From assembly GCA_965205345.1 (NCBI GenBank), contig CBDBGQ010000053.1, positions 129,842 through 193,841 on the forward strand: a stretch of 64,000 nt of DNA. Reading direction: 5' to 3'. The DNA is from Acidobacteriota bacterium. Lineage in GTDB: Bacteria > Acidobacteriota > UBA6911 > RPQK01 > CBDAPI01. The notes under the pieces were generated by a model. The model made no database searches. It saw only the letters and a program-made list of their open reading frames with translations, and was not told the DNA's origin. Of this stretch, positions 40,116-50,264 are shown in pieces; position 1 is the stretch's first letter; each line of letters opens with the position of its first letter. The translations under genes and the position numbers were made by a program.

Positions 40116-40652
40116 GTGCAGATTCTCACCATCGGCCATTCCTCCCGCAGCTTCGAGGAGTTCGCTCAGTTGCTTCAAGAACATCGAATTGAGCGACTCG
40201 TAGACGTTCGATCCTTCCCCACTTCGAAGAAATTTCCACACTTCAGCCAGCCTAATCTCATCAGCGCATTGCAAGGAATGGATATTCGCTATGACCACCT
40301 GAAGGCCCTGGGAGGCTATCGTAAATCGGACCTGAAAGACTCACCCAATCAGGGATGGGAGAGCCCCGGCTTTCGGGCCTATGCCGACCACATGCATACG
40401 GATGAGTTTCAGCAGGCTCTGGATGCCATGATAGAGATTGCTTCTGAAGCTAAGACCAGCATGATGTGTGCGGAAGCCGTGCCTCAGAGATGTCACCGTC
40501 AATTGATCGCTGACGCTCTCGTGGGTCTGAGAGAGATTTCAGTTGTTCATATCCTGACAGAGGGTCTGAAGGAGCACCGCCTGACCCGATTCGCAAGGGT
40601 CGAAGGTGGGAGGGTGGTCTATCCGAACCCTGCCTCCTCGGCCTCTTCCTGA
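40116..40652 (+). CDS. DUF488 family protein
   Basis: Has MQILTIGHS...FEEF..LL....I..L.DVR.FP.S in the N-terminal region, typical of DUF488. Confidence 0.7.
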   Translation: MQILTIGHSSRSFEEFAQLLQEHRIERLVDVRSFPTSKKFPHFSQPNLISALQGMDIRYDHLKALGGYRKSDLKDSPNQGWESPGFRAYADHMHTDEFQQALDAMIEIASEAKTSMMCAEAVPQRCHRQLIADALVGLREISVVHILTEGLKEHRLTRFARVEGGRVVYPNPASSASS

Positions 40653-40834
40653 CTCCTGAACTGTGCTGCTCAGTGTAGTACCGGCACGCCGGGTCATGGT
40701 AGATCCGGCTGCTCACATTACCGTGGTAGACGGACCTCGTCCCAGAGGCTCCTGAAGAGGACTCCGTATTAGAGAGGATGGCTTGAAGAGGATCTTCTCA
40801 TGGCGCATATTAACTTCTGAGAACTGTCGACAGA

Positions 40835-43800
40835 TTGAGAATACGCGAGATGTCGAGGAACCAGCCAAACTACTGTTCGAACCCAGAATGCCCGGACCTC
40901 GAGGTGACAGGCCAGATCGCCGAGTACCGGCAAGGGATCTTAGGGTGTCCCAGGTGCAGTTCGACGCGCACGCGCATGGGTTGGGGTTTTCTTCTGCTGG
41001 TTCTCGGAACCACTGTGGTGCGTACCGCCGCCCCGGCGCAGCTGAGGCCAGGTGCGTTGCAGGGTCGACCGCTGGTTCCCGCCGGTGATCTCGTCGTCGA
41101 TCGCGATAGCGGGCGACCGGCCGTCGGCGCGATGGCTATGAACATCATTCACAGCCCCGACGAGTCCGGCCCTGGGGGTGGCGGTCGTTACCTCGTTGCG
41201 GTGAACTCAGGTTTCGGGGTGGCCTTCGACGCCGACACCAACCGGGCCCAGCAATCGCTGCAGGTGATCGACCTCTCCCTTGAGCCACCGCAAGTCATCC
41301 AAAACGTCTACTTCCCGGCGCCTCAGAGCGCCTCTGTGGGTGCAGTCTTCGATCGTCGCCCGGATACCCAGGGTCTCTATCGGCTCTACGTCTCCGGCGG
41401 CGTCGAGAATCTCGTCTGGCGCTTTCGCTTCGATCCCCAGGCCGAGGACCCGATCCTCGAGACCTCACCGGGGCCTGACACTCTTGTCAGAGCATCCAGC
41501 ATCTCGGTGGAAGGTTTCGCACGCCAGGCACCGTCGCCCCGCTACCACAACAACCGCGCGCCCGTTTATCCACTCGGCATCGATCTCTCCCCCGACGGCG
41601 AGACGCTGTACCTGGCCAACAACCTGGCGGACAATCTCGGTATCATCTCCGACTTGAGCGGGCTCCGTGAGCTGGAGCGAGTCGACCTGCGTCCCTCCCG
41701 GCGCGTCGACGCACAGCCCTATGACGTTGTGGTGGCGCCGCGGCCTGACGGGTACTACGTCTTTGTCAGCCTGTGGGCGACGGCAGAGGTCGTACGCGTG
41801 GACCCACAACATCTCTCGAAGCCGCCTGTCCGTATCCATGTCGCACGGCACCCCACCGCAATGGTGGTGTCGAGGGACGGCTCGAGGCTCTATGTCGTGA
41901 ACTCGAACGCCGACGCAGTCTCGGTCATCGGCACAATTGCAGGCCAAGAGGTGGAGCGCATCCACACGGGTCTCGTCAAAGAGGGGGGCCTCGTCGGCGC
42001 AAGCCCCGAGGGTTTGGCGCTCAGCAGTGACGGCGCTCGGCTATACGCGGCCAACGCGCAGGCCGCGACGGTGGCGGTGATCGAGCTATCGAGACTCGCT
42101 CGCGGCCTTTCTGAGGAAGACGGCGCCGAGGGGGAAGAAGAACGCCGGAGCGAGGTCATCGGCTTCATTCCCACCGGCCTCTATCCCACCGCCCTGGCGG
42201 TGGCAGACGACCGGCTCTTCGTCGCCAACGGCAAGGGCACCGGCTTCGAGAATTCCTCCCAGGTGGTCTCCGAAAGCGGGCTGTTCCCCAACGCTCCCAA
42301 CCAGCGCTACCCGGTCCGCGACAACCGACCTAGGGGCCAGGACATCAAGTCTCTGACCGCAGGCAACCTTTCGATCCTGCCCGAGCCCGCGGGCCCTGAC
42401 CTCGCCGCCTACACACAAACCGCGATGCAGGCCAACGGTCTGCTCGGGGAGCAGAAGACCGCGCTCTTCGACGGTCCATCGCCGATTCGCCACGTCATCT
42501 ACATCATCAAGGAGAACCGCACCTATGATCAGGTGTTCGGCGATCTAAAAGCTTCCGGTGATGGTACGATGGCCGATGGCGATCCGAGCCTGGCGATTTT
42601 TGGCGCAGGAGAAGCCGCGCGTCTGCTGGGGGGTGCAGCGCAGAACGTCACCCCGAACCACCGCCTCCTGGCGCTGCGCTTCGGACTGCTCGACCGCTTC
42701 TTTGTCAACGCCGAGGCCAGTCCGGACGGCCACAGCTGGTCGACAGCCGCCTTCTCGTCGGACTACATCGACAAGGCGTTTCGCTGGAGCTACTCGGCCC
42801 GCGGGCGCACCTACGACTTCGAGGGCTTCAATCGTCTGCCGTCACGCGCGCCCAGCGCGCCCGAACCGCCGATCCTGGCGCTGCCGGTGACGGCGCAGGA
42901 CATCGCCGACTATCTGAAGCGCTACATCCCCTACCTCCAGGGTGCCAGGGACGTGGCCGAGCCGAGCTCGCTCTACCTGTGGGACGCGATGCTCAATGCG
43001 GGCCTCACGACACGCAACTACGGTGAGTTCATCGCGACGATCTCGGCAGCCGACCTCGATGCCTTCAACGCCAATCGATCCAAGTCCTACCCGGACACCA
43101 GCGCCAACCTTCTCTCGCTGGCCACCAAACGCTCGCTGGAACAGAACCACAGCCCCCTCTTCCGCAACTACGATCTCGCCACGCCTGACGTCATGACGGT
43201 GGACTCCTACCGCGCCGCCTTAGCCGGCGGCGACCTCGAGCTCGCCATCATCGACCCCGGGCAGTCGAACGAGGCAGCGCGCGGGTGGACGCGATTCTCG
43301 GTGTGGAGGGAGGAGTTCCGCTCTTTCGTGGCCGACCGAGAAGCCGGCAAGGGCGATCTGATGCCCAACCTGAGCATGGTTCGCTTTCCTAACAATCATA
43401 CCTCGGGTCTGCTCCCCGGCATGCCGACGCCTCAGTTCATGGTGGCGGAGAACGACCTCGCCGTGGGCTTACTCGTTCAGGAGCTCTCCCACAGTCCCTA
43501 TTGGAGTGACACGGCTGTCGTGGTGGTGGAAGACGACGCTCAGAACGGCCCGGACCATGTCGACGGCCATCGCTCTCCCGCCCTGGTGATCAGCGCCTAC
43601 AACCGCCCGGGTGCCCTGATCCACGAGTTCCACAACACCGTCAGCGCCATCCGCACCATTGAGCTGCTGCTCGGCGTCGAGCCGATGAATGTACTCGACG
43701 CCGCAGCCGTGCCGATCGACATCTTCCAGAGCGAACCCGACTTGAGCCCATTCGAGGCCGTCCTGCCAACCATCTCAGCCAACAATCTGATGAACCCGGA

Positions 43801-44083
43801 TCGCCGCCAGGCCAATGCCCGCACCCGTTACTGGATCGACCGCTCGGCCGAGCAGAATCTTGTCCACGCCGACATGGCGGATCCAGAAACTCTCAACCAG
43901 ATCCTCTGGTTCTCGGTCCGCGGTGATCGAGAGGAGCTACCGCAGGTCGCGAGCCTGCCGGCGTTCTCGGCGATGCGCTACGGAATGCTGCGGGAAGACG
44001 AAGACGACGAGCGCGACGCGGTGCGTGACATGCGCATGCTTCTCGCACGCGTCACCGAGCGGGAGCCCGGTCGCGAGCCGTGA
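40835..44083 (+). CDS. Bifunctional YncE/YVTN beta-propeller and phosphoesterase (phospholipase C/acid phosphatase family) protein
   Basis: Repeated LYV.N...D.V.VI YVTN units, then the IYIIKENRTYDQVFGDL phosphoesterase-family signature. An alternative start is at 40976 (MGWGFLLLVLGTTVV signal/TM). The 47 residues upstream contain a Cys4 pattern (CSNPEC...CPRC). Confidence 0.75.
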   Translation: MRIREMSRNQPNYCSNPECPDLEVTGQIAEYRQGILGCPRCSSTRTRMGWGFLLLVLGTTVVRTAAPAQLRPGALQGRPLVPAGDLVVDRDSGRPAVGAMAMNIIHSPDESGPGGGGRYLVAVNSGFGVAFDADTNRAQQSLQVIDLSLEPPQVIQNVYFPAPQSASVGAVFDRRPDTQGLYRLYVSGGVENLVWRFRFDPQAEDPILETSPGPDTLVRASSISVEGFARQAPSPRYHNNRAPVYPLGIDLSPDGETLYLANNLADNLGIISDLSGLRELERVDLRPSRRVDAQPYDVVVAPRPDGYYVFVSLWATAEVVRVDPQHLSKPPVRIHVARHPTAMVVSRDGSRLYVVNSNADAVSVIGTIAGQEVERIHTGLVKEGGLVGASPEGLALSSDGARLYAANAQAATVAVIELSRLARGLSEEDGAEGEEERRSEVIGFIPTGLYPTALAVADDRLFVANGKGTGFENSSQVVSESGLFPNAPNQRYPVRDNRPRGQDIKSLTAGNLSILPEPAGPDLAAYTQTAMQANGLLGEQKTALFDGPSPIRHVIYIIKENRTYDQVFGDLKASGDGTMADGDPSLAIFGAGEAARLLGGAAQNVTPNHRLLALRFGLLDRFFVNAEASPDGHSWSTAAFSSDYIDKAFRWSYSARGRTYDFEGFNRLPSRAPSAPEPPILALPVTAQDIADYLKRYIPYLQGARDVAEPSSLYLWDAMLNAGLTTRNYGEFIATISAADLDAFNANRSKSYPDTSANLLSLATKRSLEQNHSPLFRNYDLATPDVMTVDSYRAALAGGDLELAIIDPGQSNEAARGWTRFSVWREEFRSFVADREAGKGDLMPNLSMVRFPNNHTSGLLPGMPTPQFMVAENDLAVGLLVQELSHSPYWSDTAVVVVEDDAQNGPDHVDGHRSPALVISAYNRPGALIHEFHNTVSAIRTIELLLGVEPMNVLDAAAVPIDIFQSEPDLSPFEAVLPTISANNLMNPDRRQANARTRYWIDRSAEQNLVHADMADPETLNQILWFSVRGDREELPQVASLPAFSAMRYGMLREDEDDERDAVRDMRMLLARVTEREPGREP

Positions 44084-44263
44084 GGCGAAAAAAGGGTCCT
44101 CGCCGATTCTTTGCCCTACCGTCTCGAGATCGAAGGGCTCACTTTTTCAGGTGGATGGTCACCTGATCGATGGTTCCGGTGAACTTGCTGCTCGAGCGCG
44201 TGTAATCCTCCGAGACCGGGGTCTCCGTGTCGGGAAGGGACTCAACTTTTCCTGGGAACAAAT

Positions 44264-45243
44264 TTACGGTGTATCCTGTAGCTTCTTCATGTTTTCGACG
44301 AGTGTGTGCCAGCCGAAAACGAGCGACAACCGGAAGCCGTCCATGCGCAGGTCGGTGGGCTCGCTGTCGTTCACCGTCGCGATGTAGCCTCCTGTGAGCT
44401 GCAGGTTGTCGTTGATGTGGTAGCCGAGCGTAATCCCAAGCCCGACCTTGTCCAGCTTTTCGCCCTGCATACCGTGCAGAGTGGCCTGGCCGCCGGTCAT
44501 CCAGGTCACGTCGAACGAGCCCCAAAGGTGCTCGTGAAAATCGCGCGTGAGATGACTCTCGAGCTGAAACATGGGCTTGGTAGAGAGCGTGGTGCCCACG
44601 AAGTCATTGTTGTCGCTGAAGAACCAGACTGCGGGAAGAAACTCCAGGGTGGTGCGCCGGCCTGGGACCCAGGGTCCGAGCTGCCACACGATTGGGAACC
44701 CGACGCGGCCGTACACCGGTTCTGGCCAAGGTTTAGCGGCTGGCCATTGTCATACTCGCCGATAGGAACGGCCAGGTCGAGGATCACATCCAGGGAGAAA
44801 CCCGGTTCGTAGCGCGCCAGATCGGGGATATTCTTGATCGCTTTGGGGCCGATCAGGTTGAGATCGAACTCGAATAAAGGGTCCCCGAAGCCACTCGCGT
44901 CCTGGCTGAACGTTCGGCCGTTAAGCGTCACCTCACCTGAGAGCCGGCCCATGGGAGCGAGCACAGCCACCATAGCGGCCTGATCGAAGAGCGTAAAGGT
45001 ATGGGCATAACCGACTATGGCCACGTTGGCTTCGAAGCTCGCATCCGCCAGCACGGTGGAGCCCGGGTCGAGAGGGTTTGCGTTTCCGTTCAAGAACATG
45101 CCAATGACGGGCACTCCGTTGCCGCCGCTCAGACTCTTCCAGTAAAAGCGCGGCGGCACCTGGCCGGAGGCGGGCGTCAGGCCCACGGCCACGAAGGAGA
45201 TCGCCAGCGCCAGAATCAATGGCAGATTTCGCAGGTGAATCAT
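44264..45243 (-). pseudogene. Outer-membrane transport beta-barrel (MetA-pathway-of-phenol-degradation-like family), frameshifted
   Basis: The N-terminal two-thirds (signal peptide MIHLRNLPLILALAISFVAVG...) sits in one frame up to about 44760. The C-terminal third (YGRVGFPIVWQLGPW...LVFGWH) continues in another frame (ORF 44264-44716). Confidence 0.5.
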
Positions 45244-46875
45244 CTCTTTGGCTCCTTCACCATCTCAGGGGGAGGGATGAACTGTCGCTTGTTGAGGAGG
45301 GGCGGATATCCCGGTTCCTCCGGGAACCGCTGCGGCATGTTGTCGTCCAGGGTCTCGAACATGGAACGGCTGGGCAGAATCACGTTATTCCTAGTGACGT
45401 AGTCTTCCCAGCGCTCCACCAGCGCGACTACTTTTTCGGGCTGCCTGGAGGCCAGGTCCTGACGCTCCCCGGGGTCGGAGGTCAAGTCGAAGAGCTCCCA
45501 GTCGCCAGTGCCGTAGGGCTTCCACTGCCAGCGAAGCTTCCAGTTCCCCTGGCGCACTGCTCGGTTCCCGAACAGCTCCCAGGCCAGATAGTCCTCGTCA
45601 GTGCGGACGGAATGGATCCCCCCGGCGAGCATCGGGATCCAGGACTTGCCCAACAGAGGTGGCAGCTGCCGTCCTTCTCGCGTCTCGGGATACTCGACTC
45701 CTGCGACCTCCAGCAGTGTGGGCATGATGTCGGCTACATGCATGATGGAGTGATGGATGCTCCCACTGGAACGTCCAACTGCCGGGCCGCTCACGATCAG
45801 GGCGTTCCGAATCCCACCCTCGGCGAGCCAAGCTTTGTACTGGCTGAAAGGCGTCATCGATACCTGAGCCCACATGGGACCGTAGCCGACGTATGAACCC
45901 GGTTCACCCCAGGCATTCGGATGTGTCTTGGCCCACTTGATGGCCGCGAAGAGAGAGTTCAGCGTGCCTGGCGTGCCCGCGATCATCTTGAAGAGGTCCG
46001 TGCCCTCGGCGCCGTTGTCACCGAAAACGATGAAAATGGTGTTTTCGTACTCGCCGATCTCCTTCAGGTAGTCGACGAGGCGCCCGACGTGGTAGTCCAT
46101 GTTCTCTACCATTCCCGCGTAAAGCTCCATCTTCATCCCGAGTTGCGCTCGAGGTGCCGGCGCGAGAAGCGTGGAGTCAGAAACGAACCACAGGCGGTCG
46201 GCGAGCTTTGTGCCCTTGGTAAAGAGACCGAGCTCAACCTGCCGCTGCAGCCGCTGGCGGCGCACCGCATCCCAGCCCTTGTCATACTCCCTGACGTGGC
46301 GTCGGCGCCACTCCTTCGGCAAGTGGTAGGGGTCGTGCGGCGCCTGGTGCGCGAGGTAAGCGAAGAAAGGCTTGCCGTCGGCCCGGTCCGCCTCAATGAA
46401 CTCGATCATCTTGTCTGTGTAGGTCTTGGTCGCGTAATAGCCTTTGGGGAGCTCGCTGAGATAGAGACCGTCCTCGGTAAAGACCGATTGAGGCGAGCGG
46501 GCGGTCAGGTTCGTCATGTCCCAGTAGCTTCCGCCACCGTCGAGGAGGCTGAAGTCACGCTCGAAGCCCCGGGCCCGCGGAATCTTATCGGGCGCTTTGC
46601 CCATGTGCCACTTGCCGGTCATGTAGGTGTGGTAGCCGGCTTCCTTGAGAAGCTGCGGCAAGGTTGCGATGCTGTCATTCAGGTAGCCTTCGTAGCCCGG
46701 AACCCCCATCTGGTTCGGGGCCGTCCACTCGTCCATGTTGCCGAGGCCGTTGAGGTGCGTATCGACACCCGAGAGCAGCATCGAACGGGTGGGTGAACAG
46801 CTTGCGTGAGTGTAAAACTGGGTAAAGCGCACGCCCTGCTGAGCCAGGGAATCGATGTGTGGAGTCTGTATTTCG
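45240..46875 (-). pseudogene. Arylsulfatase (sulfatase family), main body, separated from its N-terminus by an IS256 insertion
   Basis: Has the C-x-P-x-R sulfatase signature SCSPTRSMLLSG and the GKWHMG block. The frame reads back to ...PEIQTPHIDSLAQQGVRF immediately after the IS, with no start codon or signal peptide on this side. Confidence 0.8.
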
Positions 46876-48210
46876 GGTTAAGCAACCGTTTTTCTGTAAT
46901 TTCCTCTAGGGCCTGTAGGGAAGAATTGCTCCACTTGTTTTTTCCAGCCGGCCAGGTTCAGGTATTGCCGGCCGGTTAACCACTCCTCGTGTATCTCTGC
47001 AAGCACAGCCGAGATGAGCCGCAGCGCCGATGCTTCGTGGGGAAAGATTCCCACCACCCGGGTTCGTCTCCGGATCTCCCGGTGCAGTCTCTCCAGTCCG
47101 TTGATGGTTCGGATCCTTCGCCACCAGCTCCTCGGAAAATCAAACACTGTCAGCCCTTCATCCAGGTTGTCTTCCAGCCAGCTCACGAACTCCGGTGCAA
47201 TCTTTTCGAACTTCTTGACGACTTTACCCTTGAGCTCCTCGGCATCCTCTCGAGACGGGGCATCGAAAATGTCCCGCATGGCCTGGGCGATGCGGGGCTT
47301 GTCCTCTTTGCGGCGAGCATATTGTTGGGCGTTTTTGCTCAGGTGAAACTGACAACGGTTCCAGGGCACCGACGGATAAACTGCCCGCCTGGCCGCCTTC
47401 AGTCCTTCGTGATCGTCACTGACCAACAGCTCGACCTCTCTCAGTCCACGCTTGTGCAGATCTCCCAGAAACCCTCGCCAATGCACCTCCGCTTCGCTGA
47501 TCTTGGCGCTCAGACCCAACACCTCTCGCGTCCCGAAACGATTGACTCCTATGGCTTTCAGGATGGCCACGTCCTGCACCCTGCCGCCTCTTCGAACCTT
47601 CTCGTAGTGGGCAGATACACGATCGGATACTCTCCCAGCTCCCGGCTTCGAAACTCTTCCAGCTCTTCGTCCAGCATCCCGGCCACTCTCGAGACCTGGG
47701 TGGCCGAGATCTCCAACCCACACAGCTGCTCCGTGATCTCGAGTGACTTTCCTCGTCGAGACGCCCATCACATACATCTCGGCAATGGCCAGCTTCAGGG
47801 CCTTCTCCGAACGGCAACCCCTCTCCAGCGACTTGGGATAAAACCTCAACCCACGCACCTGTGGAATCTCCAAGTGCAGCTCTCCCACTCGAGTCTGAAT
47901 CCGCTTGCCTTTGAATCCGTTTCGATAGCCTCGCCGACTGGCTGTTCTCTCGTACGCTTCCGCTCCCAGAAACTCGCTTCTTTCCAACTGCATCGCCACG
48001 TTGAACAACTTCTCCAGGATTCCTCGAAAGGCTTCTGTTCCTTCCTCGATCAACTCCGCCAGGATCTCCCGTGGTACTCTCTTTTCCAGATCTGGGTTCA
48101 TTTGATTCTCCTTGCCAGATTCTCGTTTCTGTTTTTGGAGAATCCTGTCCCAGACCTCTGTCTTTCCGACCCAAGGCCTGACCAGAAATTACAGAAAAAA
48201 AGTTACACTA
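46876..48210 (-). mobile_element. IS256-family insertion sequence (~1.33 kb) with ~26-bp imperfect terminal inverted repeats and a ~10-bp target-site duplication
   Basis: TIRs are aaccgtttttctgtaatttcc (left) and agaaattacagaaaaaaagtt (right, reverse complement). The direct repeat ctgtatttcg appears at 46866-46875 and 48211-48220. Confidence 0.8.
46878..48101 (-). pseudogene. IS256-family (mutator-type) transposase, carrying two compensating frameshifts
   Basis: N- and C-terminal thirds match IS256 transposases (AEMYVMGVSTRKV..., YEKVRRGGRVQDVAILKAIGVN...). About 45 residues in the middle are out of frame. The correct reading (ITEQLCGLEISATQVSRVAGMLDEELEEFRSRELGEYPIVYL) lies in another frame between about 47610 and 47745. 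Confidence 0.7.
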
Positions 48211-48390
48211 CTGTATTTCGCTCCCGAACGAACCCAGGTCTGAGTAGCCCATGTCGTCAGCCAGGATGATCACGATGTTGGGTCGGTGGGCGGCCGACAA
48301 GGCCGAGATCGATATGGCCAACACCAGAACCAGGGGGCCAAAGAACCATTGATCGCTTCGTGCCATTACCACTCCTTTACGATAGGTCAT
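48208..48390 (-). pseudogene. N-terminal fragment of the IS-disrupted arylsulfatase (signal peptide plus PNIVIILADDMGYSDLGSFGSEIQ)
   Basis: It ends ...GSEIQ then a stop created at the IS junction. The sulfatase body on the other side of the IS resumes with PEIQTPH..., and the shared EIQ is encoded by the target-site duplication. Confidence 0.8.
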
Positions 48391-48518
48391 TGCAGTGGAC
48401 CAACTGTCTTTGAGGCAAAGTCCAGGTCTGTTGCGCCCCTGGTTGGAGAATCATCGGCCTCAACGTGTTTCTTGTGTCCAGTGATGGGAACTCCCGCATC
48501 CTAAGGGTTAGCTACCCT

Positions 48519-48893
48519 CTAATTCGATTGAGAGTGGCTGCTGGAGTCGGAATTCCAGTACCGACTGGGCCGGGACTCGAATCGCACCCTGACTGCCGGA
48601 GCCGCCTCCCAGCACCGAGCTGATGTCCGTTCCCGTTGAGGAAGAGAGACTCTGCAGGACCTCCGGGCATCCACCGTCACCTCGTTGGTGATCACCGGCG
48701 CCAGCCTGTAATTCAGGCTGACTTCCGTAAGGGAGAGAACCAACTCGACGCCGGAACGAGACTTGGAAACTCTTCCATACACCTGGCCTCCGCGAGTGGG
48801 AACGATCCGACCGTTCACCAGCAGATCGGAGTCCAGGTAGGCCGTGAAGGGATCTCCGGCCTGTTGCCGAGACGTCGAGAGTTCATTGGCCAT
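48519..48893 (-). CDS. Hypothetical protein (beta-rich), start overlaps the stop of the upstream gene; C-terminus possibly frameshifted
   Basis: Reads MANELSTSRQQAGDPFTAYLDSDLLVNGRIVPTRGGQVYGRVSKSRSGVELVLSLTEVSLNYRLAPVITNEVTVDA, which is protein-like. The last ~45 residues look like off-frame junk, and an alternative frame gives a plausible ending ...VLQSLSSSTGTDISSVLGGGSGSQGAIRVPAQSVLEFRLQQPLSIELEGS. Confidence 0.3.
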   Translation of the reverse strand: MANELSTSRQQAGDPFTAYLDSDLLVNGRIVPTRGGQVYGRVSKSRSGVELVLSLTEVSLNYRLAPVITNEVTVDARRSCRVSLPQRERTSARCWEAAPAVRVRFESRPSRYWNSDSSSHSQSN

Positions 48894-50211
48894 GCGGACC
48901 CTGAGCACGGTTCCGGCGGTCACCGTCAACGTAGATGTCGCGGGCGGAGCCGCCGCCGGTAGAATAAAAGGAGGAGCCCGATGGTGCAGCGGTTGGACTC
49001 GCCGCAGCGGAAGCAAGCATCTGAGCTGCTTGCGGGGGCTTGTCAACGACCAGATACACCTCCTTCTTCCCATCGAAGTAAGGCAGGTAAAACACTCCGT
49101 TGGCCATGAAGAAGGTCACCTCCTCCACGGGCAGAGGATCAAAGTCGGCAGGGAGCGAATCCAGTACGGTCAGGCCGGCGGGGCGATCCACAACCACGTA
49201 GGACATCTTTCCCCCCTGCTGGGCCTTCCGATAGAAGGTGTTGTTGTAATAGTAGTAACGTGCATTGGCAATGGTGATGGTGGCCTCACCGGCAGGCAAT
49301 GAATCCACCTGGGCTCCAGAGGGAGCCTGGACGACTTCATACTTGACCTCACCTTGCGAGGAGGTCTGCTTGTAGTAGGTGCTCTTGGAAACGTAGTAAG
49401 CGGTACCGGCCACCAGCAGCGCAATCGCTCCCACCGGAACATCATCATAGTAAACGCCGTAGGGGGGGTAGGCAGGGTGGTAAACCCAGGCGCCGCGGTA
49501 CATGTAGCGCCCGTAATAGAGACCGCCGTGTGTGTAGTAGGGCCGTCCATGGTAATGGACCGGGCGATAATGGTTGGGCAGCGTGGTCACCATGCCGCCC
49601 CCGTAAGGCCCGCGCGCGACGCCATAGTTCCCATAGTGCTTGGTGTCGACGGTTCCGTAGGCTACGGGCCGTCCCCAGTAGTCGCGGCCGAATGCCACGC
49701 CCTCGACCTCGACTCCTCGGCCCCAGCTGGTTTCCGTTTTTCCCTCGTATTCCAAGTAGCCGCCTTTGTTCTCCAGTTTTTGCTCTCGCTTGATTTCGTC
49801 ACCATAACGGTTCGTCGTGGTCGCCTCCCGCTCGATTTTCTCGCCATACTCGAGCTCTCCTTCGACAGTACGTGAGTGTCCGCTGTCGGTCTCGACTTCG
49901 CGCTCCCACTTAACCCCGTCGTCCCCTCGTTCCACCGTACTTGACCCTTCAGCACTACGACCGTAGCGTCCCTCGGCGGACGTCTCCCGGTTTGTCTTAT
50001 TTCCGTCCACGCTGGTGTTTGTATCCAGGGTCCCGCGCCGTGTCTGAGTGCGGTGGCTTCCCTCGGTGGAGGTCTTACCGGCATAACGTACTGAACCACG
50101 AGATGCTGACCCGCGAGCCTGTCGCTGAGCCGCCAGATCCGGAATGGAAAACGCCAGCATCATGAAGATCAGTGGGATTGTCAGACTCTGGAACGGCTTG
50201 CTTCGTGTCAT
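48883..50211 (-). CDS. Secreted Tyr/Gly-rich protein with two C-terminal internal repeats
   Basis: Has signal peptide MTRSKPFQSLTIPLIFMMLAFSIPDLAAQ, then a charged region, then a Y/G/P-rich region. Ends with two related units, VVQAPSGAQVDSLPAGEATITIANARYYYYNNTFY and VVVDRPAGLTVLDSLPADFDPLPVEEVTFFMANGVFYLPY. Confidence 0.5.
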   Translation of the reverse strand: MTRSKPFQSLTIPLIFMMLAFSIPDLAAQRQARGSASRGSVRYAGKTSTEGSHRTQTRRGTLDTNTSVDGNKTNRETSAEGRYGRSAEGSSTVERGDDGVKWEREVETDSGHSRTVEGELEYGEKIEREATTTNRYGDEIKREQKLENKGGYLEYEGKTETSWGRGVEVEGVAFGRDYWGRPVAYGTVDTKHYGNYGVARGPYGGGMVTTLPNHYRPVHYHGRPYYTHGGLYYGRYMYRGAWVYHPAYPPYGVYYDDVPVGAIALLVAGTAYYVSKSTYYKQTSSQGEVKYEVVQAPSGAQVDSLPAGEATITIANARYYYYNNTFYRKAQQGGKMSYVVVDRPAGLTVLDSLPADFDPLPVEEVTFFMANGVFYLPYFDGKKEVYLVVDKPPQAAQMLASAAASPTAAPSGSSFYSTGGGSARDIYVDGDRRNRAQGPHGQ

Positions 50212-50264
50212 GTCCTTCTCCTGCTTCTCAAAGCTCCAAGAAAGCAACTGCAACTGTCTCTAAT

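Noticed and set aside
44084-44263. Possible rho-independent terminators between convergent genes (ggcga...tcgcc followed by a T-run; gggctcacttttt)
   Set aside because: Stems are short (5 bp) with large loops. They are not convincing enough to annotate.
46989-48269. 426-aa plus-strand ORF across the IS256 element
   Set aside because: It is antisense to the IS256 transposase, Ser/Leu/Pro-rich, and has no recognisable domains.
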